Source of the DNA: Trichosphaerium sp. ATCC 40318
Lineage: Eukaryota; Protista; Tubulinea
Direction of reading: 5' to 3'
NCBI GenBank assembly: GCA_038496445.1
Contig: JALMLS010000417.1
Span: forward strand, 1-64,000
DNA length: 64,000 nucleotides
The notes under the pieces were generated by a model, which saw nothing but the letters and a program-made list of their open reading frames with translations, did not search any database and was not told where the DNA came from. The position numbers and the translations under genes are program-made. Positions 50,153 through 61,928 of the stretch are shown here, piece after piece. Each line of letters begins with the position of its first letter. Position 1 is the stretch's first letter.

Positions 50153-53100
50153 TTACACCTTACTCACAAATAATGAGCTCGCAAGAGACATATGAGGTTT
50201 GATATCTTGCCCTGTTGGTAGTATGTAAGCGTTAGCGATGCAAACCAAAAACTACTTAAAATAGATCTATCACGTGCCTAAAACGTTGTGTACTGCTTCT
50301 TGAGCTTTTGAAACGAGTAAGACAGATTCTTCTTTGTGTTGAGAGAATACTGATTGAAAAGCGTACAAAGCAATCACTTGAAGAAAAAACGTTAATACAA
50401 CCATTTTTTGGAAAAGTTACAAGAATGTACCTGTTAACCAAACACTCAATTCTTCGATACCAGACTCTTTCATCTTCTCTAAAACTTCTTTTTTAGATAT
50501 ACCCAATACATTGTATAGCGATTCACAATCAGAAAATAAGCCTGAAGCATCTTGTGCTAGTATAAAAGTATCGAACTTTCTAACCTAAACTGAGCGTTAA
50601 ATTGACAAAAACTTTTTACACTGCAACCATACATTAGGGTTTTTAGCTTTGACAAACTTATTAACAACAGCACTTGGCTTTGTCGGGGAAGGCTTCATGG
50701 GCGTGTTCAATACACCCGAAGGTTTTTTTGGTTCATCAGATTTTAATGCCTCTAATCGCTTCATCAAATCATCATCCGCTACTCGTTGTTCAGTGCTTGG
50801 TTTCGAAAGAGCGCTATTTATTGTGTCACCATGGCTAATTCCTGATGATAAATTTGCTAATCGCCTTTCAAGTTCATCATCCATTTGTTCTTGCTCGTAT
50901 TTTGAAGTTGATGTCATGGTAGTTTGAACAAGACCGCCTGCAACATCCAAGGATAGTTCGTCCAAGACGCAATGCATTAATTCATCAGTCTCCTCTTCTA
51001 CATCATCATCGTACATACAATCATCCATACACTCATCAATCAAGTTTGATTTACTCAGCGCCTATTTGTAATAACTTTAATAAAGAGATGAAACTGTTTC
51101 TACAAAAAAAATTCGTAGTTACATTCATGGTGGCAGTAGGACTTAACATGCTGCCAGCTTTTCCAATAGCATCATATAGTTTTATTGCTTCAGGTGACGG
51201 CTAAACAGTACTAGTGTAAGTAACACACTAAACGTAAACAATAAATCTCATGGGAAATTAAGTCACGTGACATTTCTTCCAGAGAAGTGAAATTACCTTT
51301 CCGCTTTGATGCATTTCCAAGGTACATTTCCCTATTTGTGCCATTGCTCTCAGGTGGTCCTGTTTACTAGCTCTCAATCTATGCACATATTAATCAAACA
51401 AGTCAATAAAAGAACCTTGCAGGCCAGACTCGTTGCTTCAAGTACTCACCCTACTAAATATCGACAGAACAGTCGTGCTCCATTTATGTTATTGCTCTTT
51501 GCTGCTTTCCTATACGCAGACGCTAGTTAAAACCATTGCAGAAGGAAGAACCTAACTTACTTGATATCTCGTTTATATTTCATCTCTTCGCGCTCTTTCT
51601 TCCTTAATTCTCTCCTTAAATGTCTTTCCTCGGACTTTAACCTCATTTTTACTTCACGAATTGTAGGTCCATTTTTACCAAAAAGCCATCCATACCAAGA
51701 TTGATTACCAACAGTATTTGAAGAAGCTTTGTTTGTAACTTTTATATCTTTTTGAATTTCTTGTGTTTTCATCGCATCAGTATTTTCTCTCACTGTCTCT
51801 TCATCAACACCAACAAGAGAAGTCTCACTTGTGATGATATGCCACCTTTAAACAAATAAAAGTTAATCACGTGCACTTGTTAATGAAACAATTTAATCAA
51901 AACAACTTTTTTTACCTTTTTGCTAAAGCCACAACATCCACGGAAAGACCACTACAAAACCGATCAACAAAACTCAGCTACCAAGTTCAAGTCAACGTAC
52001 CTTCCACTCAAGAAAGATTGCTGGATTATAGCATTTCTAACAGCAATCCTAACAAGGCTGGAAGACTCAATTACATCACTTGTGTCAACAGGGATTTTAA
52101 TTTCACCAATTCGAACAAACTGAGGGTTTTCAGGCATATTTTTCAACAAAATACAACGTGCAGCATGCTCAGTGCCCATAAAAACAGTTCCTTGCCTAAA
52201 CATTACTTAGCCTTATCGATCACACTATTAAAAGAACGTACGACTCGAACTTTGTAGTGATATCACAAAGATCAACACGAACAACAGTTTCTTTAAGGGA
52301 ATGTTGAAGTAACCCCATGACAGGCTTTTCTATTCGCTCTGAATTGGTAACAGAAATACACTATTTTTAAGTCAGCATTTGAGAGTTAAGTAAGAGTTTT
52401 GAGAGCGAAGGAATAACAAAAATTTTACCTTTCCTTGACCGCTATCAGCTATACGTTGTACAAGAGCCTTTCCTGCATTATCAATACCAACAGTATTGAC
52501 TTCACAATGAAACGAGCTGTTTGTGACACGTTTGTTTACAAGTGAAACTATTTCGTTACCATTTGATACATCTCCATCAGTCTAAGTATTTACTCTCTTT
52601 GTTAGAATCTAACAACCATATAGATAGCGTGTTTATACACGTACCAGTAAGAATATCTTACGTGAACTCAGGCCTTCACATTTAGAATCAAAAGCGAACG
52701 TTAATGGTTCCAGAATACGAGTGCCACCTTTTTTTTGAAAATTTTGTGTAAGTTTTTTTTTTGCAATGCAAAGAATGCTTGGTTACCCATATCAGCTCCC
52801 ATATCTTCTATGTGTTTTGTCGCTTGTGTAAAACTTTCTGTGTTGTATTGTGTACTAGAAGCGAAAAGACTCGAAATCTCAGTGCCGAAGCTCACAACTA
52901 CAGACATAAAAAAGTCAGGTTGTAAAAACTAAAAAAAGTATGTTCTCCTTACTGTTAAAAGTAGAGCGTTGAGGTAAGGATCTCAAAATCAGCTGTAAAC
53001 AGTTTTTGGCTTGCTGTATCCTACTACCAGACATTGAACCACTCCTAACATAAAGTAAGTTTCTTAGATTTAATAGTTTAAAGTACCTATCGATGATGAA

Positions 53101-54258
53101 TATGAAATCCATGTTTGTCAACGCCTCTTTCTTCTGTTTATCAGCGATTCTTCCAGATAATACAAGTGCATATTCTTCTTTATCGCCAACGATACCACGT
53201 GCTATATGGCACATATAATTGCTTAGGCTTTCTTTAACACCAATGTCTAGTTTAAATGCAGCAGCATTGTTTTCTTTCCATGAAGCAACTACGCTGAGCT
53301 AGAAGTGTAGGTTTAATAAACGCGTGTATGCCATTGGTAACGTACTGCACCGCTTGAAGAGCTTGTCGTTTTAATGTCATGAGAAGGAGAAGTTACTTTG
53401 TCAATGTGTTTAACATCCACATCAACTTCAACTTTATATTCTTTGAACATAGACGGATTTGCGACGTCTTTGGTAAGGGTATTAGTGGCATCCATTGCGC
53501 TACCAAGTAGAGGCAATACAAACGATAAACGATTATCATCTAGCAATTATAAGTACACAACATAATTTGTTAGAATACATTACCTTCAATCTGGAGAGGA
53601 ACATCATAGGCAATCTTGAAAAAAGTACAAAGTCAGATTTTTAAGTTCTTAACAATCACTAAGTTGTACCATTACAGATATTTGCTCTTTAGGACTAATG
53701 TTGCCTAGAGACAATTTATATTTACCGTCCACATCTCCTAATAATATGAGAAGTTAGCTGCTACCACGGATGGTAATATTTCTGACAACGAACCTGCTTC
53801 TAACAAATATGCACTTTTCCCAGAACTTATTGCATCGTCATACTTTTCAAACGCACGACTACGGGTCTTACTCTTCGACAATATTCTCTTACCACTTGGC
53901 AATGTAATAATAAAGTCATGAAGTACAGCATGAGGTTGATAAAAAGATAAACTAAAGAAGTTCAGCTCGTCTTCTTTCAGTTTTTTTTTTCTTTAACGGA
54001 TTTTACAGTTGCAAATTACACAATGCATGGCTTTTAAGTTTTGAAGGTGTATTTGGGTTTAAACGTACGTTGCTTCGACAGGGGAGCTTGAATTATTACA
54101 AAAGGATTGCGTTATTTTAACCGACGCCGTAAAACCAATAATATCAGCTTTTACATACACTTTATGCGCGTCAATACTATTTTTACGTAAATATGCGTAC
54201 CTGACTTTAATTCGGGTTTAACGGATCCTGTCAGATTAATGGTACATGCTTGAGCCAT
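50153..54258 (-). CDS. VIT + vWA (VWA5A/BCSC-1-like) protein with inserted ESCRT-III (Vps24/Vps2-like) domain
   Basis: VIT (QSFCNNSSSPVEA..AFEKYDDAISSGKSAYLL..LGNISP); vWA MIDAS (FIFIIDR|SGSM, GT, LLTDG); WHIITSETSLVGVDE; then the ESCRT-III segment; then a C-terminal LAQDASGLF..VWLT|VIAL..F...EE..LLVSKA domain. Confidence 0.85.
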
Positions 54259-54541
54259 TGTGAGGAGCCGGTGTAACTCTAATACACTCTTCGCGAAAAT
54301 ACAGGACATTTTTTTCCTTGAACAGTGCCATTCCTTTGTCCGTCTGTTCACCCTTCGAAAGTGCATCTAACCATTGCCAACAGAGTAATGAACGTACGTG
54401 TATATTATTTACAAAGATGTACAGATCACATGTGTCAAAAACGCCGAACGGCTTAACTTGCTTCTTGTTTAAGCTCGCTGTGCTTTTTCATAACCTCCAA
54501 CTGTCATATACTAGTTGGTTTAACGTCATAGCGTAGAAAAA

Positions 54542-56013
54542 ATGCACTATGATCATAGTGCGCACATGAATAACGAAGAAATCGCTTCAACAGTCAAAAG
54601 TCAATTTTCTGACCACCAATTCATGCTTTTAATCAATACTTTACGCGCATCAGGTGCCTTAGGGCTTGTGGTACACAAAACGAAACTCTATACGCAATCT
54701 AACGTTTCCTACTGGGTTCTCTATTCATTGTAATCTCGTTTCTTTGGATTGGTAGGAAATCACGACAGTTTCCACAACATTTAATTTTCTGGCTTGGTTT
54801 ATCTGACGGCGCATTGGCATTATCTTTGTACTAAATGACAGTACCATAGGCAGTGACATATATTATTGACACATTTTTTTATTTACTTAGGTTAATGGGA
54901 ACATTCAAGGATCCGAAAACAGGCCTTTCAGTCACGTGGTGTCACATACAAGCACGTGATCAAATTTTGATATGTTTTTAGGGTTTTTTGTTGATTTCCA
55001 TTTCTGACTCTTAGCTGAAGGCTTTTAATGCTCAATTTTGGGCTTTAGCTAATATTCTTTGGGTACTCGTTATTGCTGTTAAATTATACCTAAGATACAG
55101 GTTTGATGTTGAAGCCAAAGTGCTCCAAGAGTACAAACTTTTGTTGTCGAAATAAGAGTTCAGAAAAAAATTAATAGTACATTATAGGTGGCATGTACCT
55201 TCACACTGCCTTTGTTGGGGTCTACCTGCGATAACATGCCTCGTCATAACTGCCATAAGAGGTTGGGGAAGTGGCCCTGCATGGTTACTTTTTGTTTTGC
55301 CTATTTATTTATTGTATTTTCTTATTAACAAAGAGCAAGGTGCTGGATTGGTGGAGATGATAGACTCTTTATAGCTAGATTTGTGGGGTTTTACTTATAC
55401 GTGATTGGTGTTTTTCTAGCCATTTTAATTGTACGTACTGAAGAAGGCAAAGAGAAATTTACATGTTCAACATGAATTTGTTGAGTGAGTGACTTTAACT
55501 GGAGTACTTAGATTTATATCATGTTAATCGCTCGCATTCTAAAAAGAACTCCTAAAGTATTTTCTTCTACTGTCCTTGAAGATCTTGACGATTACTTTGA
55601 AAATGAACAGAGTCTCAGAAAGAAAATTACATTTCGTGTATCCCTTTATCTCTTGTCTTTTATCATCGCATGGGTACCTTTGTATTTCGTTTTTATTGAT
55701 TTAATATGTAAAAGGGAGGTGGTTTGGTTAATAGAGTTTATGGGTGGTGGACTGGCGGACATGTAAGCTTTGTACTGTGGATGGTAATCAACAGAAATAA
55801 TTTCTTGTTTTTTTCTTATTTTTGTTTTAGATTCAAGTTGCGTGTGTCCCAGTACAGGGTATCTTTGATGCAATTGTATATGGGTTAAACAGGAATACAG
55901 TGTTACAATACAAAGAGTTCTTTTGTGGTGCACAGATGCGTAGAAAGTCATATTCAGCAACACTCAACACAAACGTGGATGAAACTGATGTGGAACCTAT
56001 TTTCTATGGATGA
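54542..56013 (+). CDS. G-protein-coupled receptor, cAMP-receptor-like (CAR/Crl/GCR1 class), multi-exon
   Basis: WCHIQ|AFNAQFWALANILWVLVIAVKLY; HCLCWGLPAI; WGSGPAW|CWI; RVSLYLLSFIIAW; PVQGIFDAIVYGLN. Confidence 0.85.
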
Positions 56014-56569
56014 AACGGAACAAAACCCACATTTCAACAATTTGTCTTGTAAATTTATAAATATACATGTATACACCATTGTAAATAGCATTAGGATTTT
56101 TTGACATTGACCACAATCACTTTTTTGTGTTGGCAATGTTTTTTTCTGTGAGCTTTATTTTTTTCGTACAAATAAGAATAACATCGACTTGTAGGGTTGT
56201 TGTATCACATGATAGCATTACTCTACCTCTCAATCGTTTGCTTATCACATACAAAGCAACAAGCACTGCGGTTAACAACCGCTAATAACGCCGGAAAAAA
56301 TCCACTGTTACCACGTAAAGCTTAGGAAACGAAATACCCTCGAGTGTTGTGGATGTGCAGGCAAGTTCAACAAAACATATAAATTAGGGTTGATAAGACT
56401 ATTTATTTAATAAAGACAGTCATGATCTTATTGCTCGTCCAGCTGGATATTTCGAGTAGGGTTAGAATGATGATGCTATCCATAAAAACCCTGTAAAAAA
56501 ATGTTAGTGTTATTTTCTCGGAAGTTAAATTTAGGCCTATTAACGGTTCACGGGATGGCTTCCGAACTT

Positions 56570-58702
56570 TAAAATATCCTTTAATGGATGCTCGTTTATG
56601 TTTTTAGAGACAAACGCTGAACAAAAAACCTGTCCGGTGGAGTTAATTCCAGTTTTAGAAAGCGATGTACAAAAGCCTCCATGTATTGGCTAACAACACC
56701 TTAAAAACGAACGCTCAAGACCAACCAGCTGTCGTATCAAGTCTTCTATAAAACTAAAATAATACGCACCATCAGAATCACCGCCACCATAAGATTTTTG
56801 TGTACATTTAGTACAAGGGATACTATCAGGTCGACCTATAAACAAAAAAGTGGGAAAAAAGAAGCACCATTGACAAGCGAAGCCTACCTGATGGGTTGCC
56901 AGCGATACCACCAAAAGCTACTTCATTTTTTGATATCAAAGCACTTGCAGAATTAACGCCTAAAGGTACAGATTGAGTAGTGTTGCTTTAAAGAAACGTA
57001 CCTTTGGTGCCAATAAGGTAAGTCGATAGTAGGAGTTGCTTTAACTCAGCGTCAAAGATTGATACAAACCCACCGGTGCCACTCACTGGAGTGTACCATC
57101 TATTGCTTGTTTCTGGTAATCGAGATGCGCTGTCTCCGTATGTGACCACAAAGGACACCTCAGTTTGTGTACCAAGAAATGTGACACCTGTCATTTTAAT
57201 ACCATTTGCTAGAAAAGCCTTAGTCCTTTAAAAAAACCAAAGCTATTCATCTCTTACGGTGAACATTTTTACCCCCTAAACATTGACAAGGTGTTGTTCT
57301 ATTTACTCCAACATATGCAAGGTGCCAAGACTAAAAGAACGGAATGATTAACATGTACATAATAATAGCAAAAGGCAAAAAAGAAGAAAGAAAAAAGGTA
57401 CCTGGGTTTCTAAGTTAGAAAAGTCTTTTGTAAAAGCGCCTATCCAAGTCGCTTTGTTTGCTCCTTTGTAGCCGAAGCAAGGTGATGAAAGGCACTTTCC
57501 TTCAGCAGCTGTTTGAAGCTCAGTAAGGTTGTAGGGATTACGTGTAAACACTGTATTTCCTCCGTCCGAGCTGCCACTAACCCAAACTTTTCCTGTATGA
57601 TCTGTTGTCAAGAAATTAAAGAAACTATCTGCTTGTAGTTGGAGGTGGTCTGTGTGTACAAGCTTGGGGTTCTAAAAAAGCGTCAGAGAACAGTGGGCAT
57701 GAGATACTACTCACGAAATCCCATAGCGGAGGGAATCCTTGAAACGGAGCTTTTGGAACAGTAGCGTCTTCAATAAATATGTACGGATCACGCCTTAAGA
57801 GTAATTAGGCTAACGCTTACGTTACCAACCATGTATGTGTACCATGGTTCACAACAAGTATGGGAACTTTGATCTCCTCCAACTATCACGTGATCGTCAA
57901 CATCGACTGTGATAGCAGGCATACGAGATTTCTTTTGAAAAAGTTAACTTGGTTTAAAAACTTCTACAACTACCTTTACAGAGTGGCTAAGAACTACTTT
58001 ACCATCCGAAATACGAACCCATCCTCCTGATCTGAGCAATAGGGTATCTCCATTTTTGAAAAAGCGAACAGTACAAGAGGTACACTCCCCAAAACTTGTA
58101 ACATTCCAATTCACCTTTTTACCATCTGTCGATAAAGAAAACGCAATCGAGGCACCTGTACACGTGTCATTAACGGCACCTTATTAATAAAACATTTACC
58201 TGAAGCTACTAATTCATTATTCTTTTCATTGTATGCAATAGAAGCCACAGGGGAAGTAAGATAAATCCATTCTACCCTATTGAAGTCACAAACCAAAAAA
58301 AACCAAAAATTGGCTGGTTTGGTATTCGTACTTTGATCCATCTCCTGATAACGACGCTATAAAACCACCTGAAGAAGGGCTACCGCCCAGGTGTGGTGCT
58401 TTTTTAAAAGGACCATCGTTACTTCTAAACGGCTTTTTTAACAAAACACGAATAGTGAAGTGGATTTTCGTACGTTGTAGTCCCTCCTATTATTATAGAA
58501 CCGCTTGTCATATAAACAACAGATGTTATTGAATCATCTCCACTGCCTCCAAAGTATCTAATTCCAATTAGAACTGAACTTCTGCTGTATACTTCTTTGA
58601 GAAAACTTACGAAGAGAAAGTTGGTTTTCCGAAAGTGCTATTGTTCTGGCACAAAGCTACTGCTACAAAGCTGAATATAAAGAACACAACGTGTTGTGAC
58701 AT
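56570..58702 (-). CDS. Secreted SBBP-repeat-like beta-propeller protein; 3' end uncertain
   Basis: Signal peptide MSQHVVFFIFSFVAVALC; FSS|YFGGSGDDSITSV..IIIGGTT; GFIASL; STYLIGT; YGGGDSDG motifs. Confidence 0.65.
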
Positions 58703-59198
58703 TGATTGTTGTCCTGCTAGGTCAATTAAGTCCGTGTAGGACAAGTTTGTGAGCTTTTTTCCAACTATGTACAGTTTTTCTGTTTAACCAACTTAAAACC
58801 TTCGCAACGGTTAGCATAATAAAAATCGAAGGTTTTGGCGGCGATGTTGAGCAAAGTGGTCGCTTCTTGTGCTTTGACACGTTTATTTCTCCTTAGTGAA
58901 GAAATACGCTTTTTCAATATGAAACGATCGTTATTGAGCGTGGGGAAACGCTATTCCGGAAAAACTTTTGTTTCCAGCTGGTAGTGCGTTTTAACGCTCA
59001 CAAAATAAATAACAAGTACTTGGTACCTTTTTATAGAGTCTGTTTAGACGAAATGATGTTGGTGTTATAAATGGTAAATACTAACATAACTTTTTTGTCC
59101 AAAACAAGAATGTATGAATACGTTATTGACAAATACATCAGGAGAGCAACACCACTCTGTCAATATATCTTCTAAAATAGATGATATCGTCAACTCTG

Positions 59199-59650
59199 AA
59201 GAGATGTTTAGATATCTGAGATATCTAGATATTTTACATTATCTAGATACTTGTGAATTATCTAGTTAGACGACAATCTAGGTTAGAACCAACAAAGACA
59301 GAGTAAGCAACAAGACAGGTTTGGAGGAAGACTAACGTCTCGGTGGCTCAAACGCAACACACGAGTAAGGATTTATATCTTGTACACGTGCTATTTATGC
59401 AAAAAATGGATCCACAAATTCAGTTTTCAATAAATGCAGGTTTTTTGGATCAGAAAAAGTTCCTTTTTCAAGGGCGGGAAGTGGGATGATTGTTGCTTGC
59501 CATCTGTTGATCTGTGCGTGCCGGGTGCGGTAATGTCAGATTATGGTTGGTCAGCTAGTTTCTTCAAACGCCTGGAATTCCAGTAGAATATACAGACATT
59601 TTGGCGAAATTATCTAGATTATCTAGATATTGTAGATCTAAACATCTCTT
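59199..59650. repeat. Imperfect inverted repeat pair with TATCTAGA sub-repeats (possible MITE remnant)
   Basis: 59199-59231 AAGAGATGTTTAGAT...ATATCTAGATA matches the reverse complement of 59620-59650. No target-site duplication was identified. Confidence 0.45.
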
Positions 59651-60029
59651 GACAGCAATACATGAAAGATAAACTTCTTCTACTTTTTTTTACCTTCACT
59701 ATACAAGTTGATGAAACATCAACTGTGATGTTCCCTCCAAATTGTTTAACACTAGAAGAAGTAAAAGAAAAAGTACAAAGTGTACCATGCACTGAGGTTG
59801 CCGTTGACAGCTTTGGTAATTCATACATGGTCATTCTTACAACAAATGAATGACGAGGAGTTAATTGTAACTATGTTTTTATTGCTGTTGGCATTGTCTG
59901 TATTTACATTTTTGTATCTGTTGCAGTTTCTGGATACTACTGTTGGAGGTGGCATCGGACACAACAAAACTTTGTGTTGGAAGACTATAACACAAATAAA
60001 TACCATCTAGCTAATTTTAGTTCAAGTTT

Positions 60030-61499
60030 CTAAGTTGCTTGCTTTGGTTTGAGGGTTGTATTGCTTTTCTTTTTATCTGCTTTGCTAACAATATTATGAA
60101 ATACATTTCGGTCTTTTCTCTCTATTTTATGGTATTGTGGATAAACACTCAAATCCTCCATAACACGGAGAACAGCACCTAAACTTGTCAATACTTGCAC
60201 AAAACTAACTGACAGCAATATATTGTTACTTGCTTTGTAACTCTTACCATCGTTATCACACCTATTACAATAGTCTGATGCACTGTATACATGATGTAGT
60301 TTGCCGCCATGAGCAGATTTGTATCCTTCCATCACAAGAGAGTGCGATCTAATTATACCCTTCAAATTATTTCTTTGCAGAAACTGTTCTGTTATATCTT
60401 CTCCAAACTCGTACCCTTTAAAGCTAATTAACAACTCTGGTATAACAACAAAGGTTTAGATTACCTACGCCTCTGGGAACAATTCCCCAACCAGATCTTT
60501 CCTCATAGTTATCCCAAAGGAGGTCACAAATTGGTCCTTCAATTGGTACTGCGTCATCTCTAAAAAGTGCTTGTATATCTTGTAATGTATCTGCAGAAGG
60601 ACTGAGACCACTGTGAACACAAAAATATGTATTATCTATAATAGCCACTATACTAGGTTAATATAATAACCTTTTTGTTGTCAGCAAGTACCGAGAGGGA
60701 GAGCGTTGAATGCAGAACAAAACAACTCCCAAATTGAGTCGTCATAAATTCTTACACACTCTTCATAAAATGAATATACTCGAGTTAATTCCATTGACTC
60801 ATGATTTCCTCGTATCATATGTACTCTGTCAGGATATTTGATCTTTAAAGCAAATAACAGTGCTATGACACGGACACAAAAATAACCTCTAGAAATAACA
60901 TTAGGCTAAAGGCCAAAGTCAAACAAATTTTCACGTGATTTTTGAAGCAACATTTAATTACCTATTGACATAGTTTCCCAAGAAAAGGAAGTTGACGTCT
61001 GGAGGCATACCCTCTATTTTGAATATCTCTAGCAAGTCAGCCAACTGTCCATGGATATTACCAACTACAGAGATAGGTGCATCGATGTTAAGAATATTGT
61101 CTTCTTTTAGGAATACTTTTCTCGCTTGTTTTGCTATGACAACAATTGTTTCTTTAGGAATTGGTTTGTGGTTCATGCAAGCGTGTATTACAAAGTTCAG
61201 AACAGAGTCCATATTGTATGAGACAAAAAAAGTAAATTGTGGATCAGCCACCTACAGAGATCATCAACGCTTCAAAAATCATTCGGTCTGTAACGCACGT
61301 GTGTACTTTGTGTTTTTGTTACGTCAATCGGTGTGAGACTTGTATTTTTAAGCATAAACGTCCAGAAACGATTATCACTTATCACATTGTGTATATAAAG
61401 ACATGAAGCGCTTAAACTGCATAAATTGGTGTAGTTTAAATGAGTAGTTATTTTAAGAAGCGTCTCCAAAGGTAGGTACAGAAAATGAGATGTAGCCAT
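60030..61499 (-). CDS. F-box + PPP-family (PP2A/PP4/PP6-like) pseudophosphatase
   Basis: F-box FLYLPLETLLKITTHL..LCSLSASC..ISDNRFW is spliced in frame (H|V) to GNIHGQ, LGNYVNR|G, RGNHE, CVHSGLSP, GPICDLLW, IIRSH, SASDYC. Confidence 0.87.
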
Positions 61500-61928
61500 T
61501 GTTTAAAAACAGAAAACTGATGTTCAAGACACTTTAGACATTGCTTACAAACAAGTCTTGGTTAGTCAATTTGATCCTTCTCAAGCTCAACAGGTAGGAC
61601 AAAATCAGCAGGCTGAGTTCTCAATAGGTTCTTCAGGATTATCTTGTTGTGACCTAGCGTGAGCAATTAAAAAAAAAACCATAACATTTTTCCGCTGTAG
61701 ATAGGACTTGTTGGCTTTGCACAAAAAAGCGTGTGAGTTGTCATTCAAAATTTCATCGAAGGCACCCATAAGATACGATGTGGGCACAACAAAAAAGAAC
61801 AAGGGTTTGGAGTTGTTTAGGTTGTTCTTTTTCTACTTGACTTATCTCACTACTTTCATCTTTTTGGATCATTGGTTGTATTTTACCTTTGTTAAGACAG
61901 CACTCCTTGGTTTTATTTTTTTAGTTTT

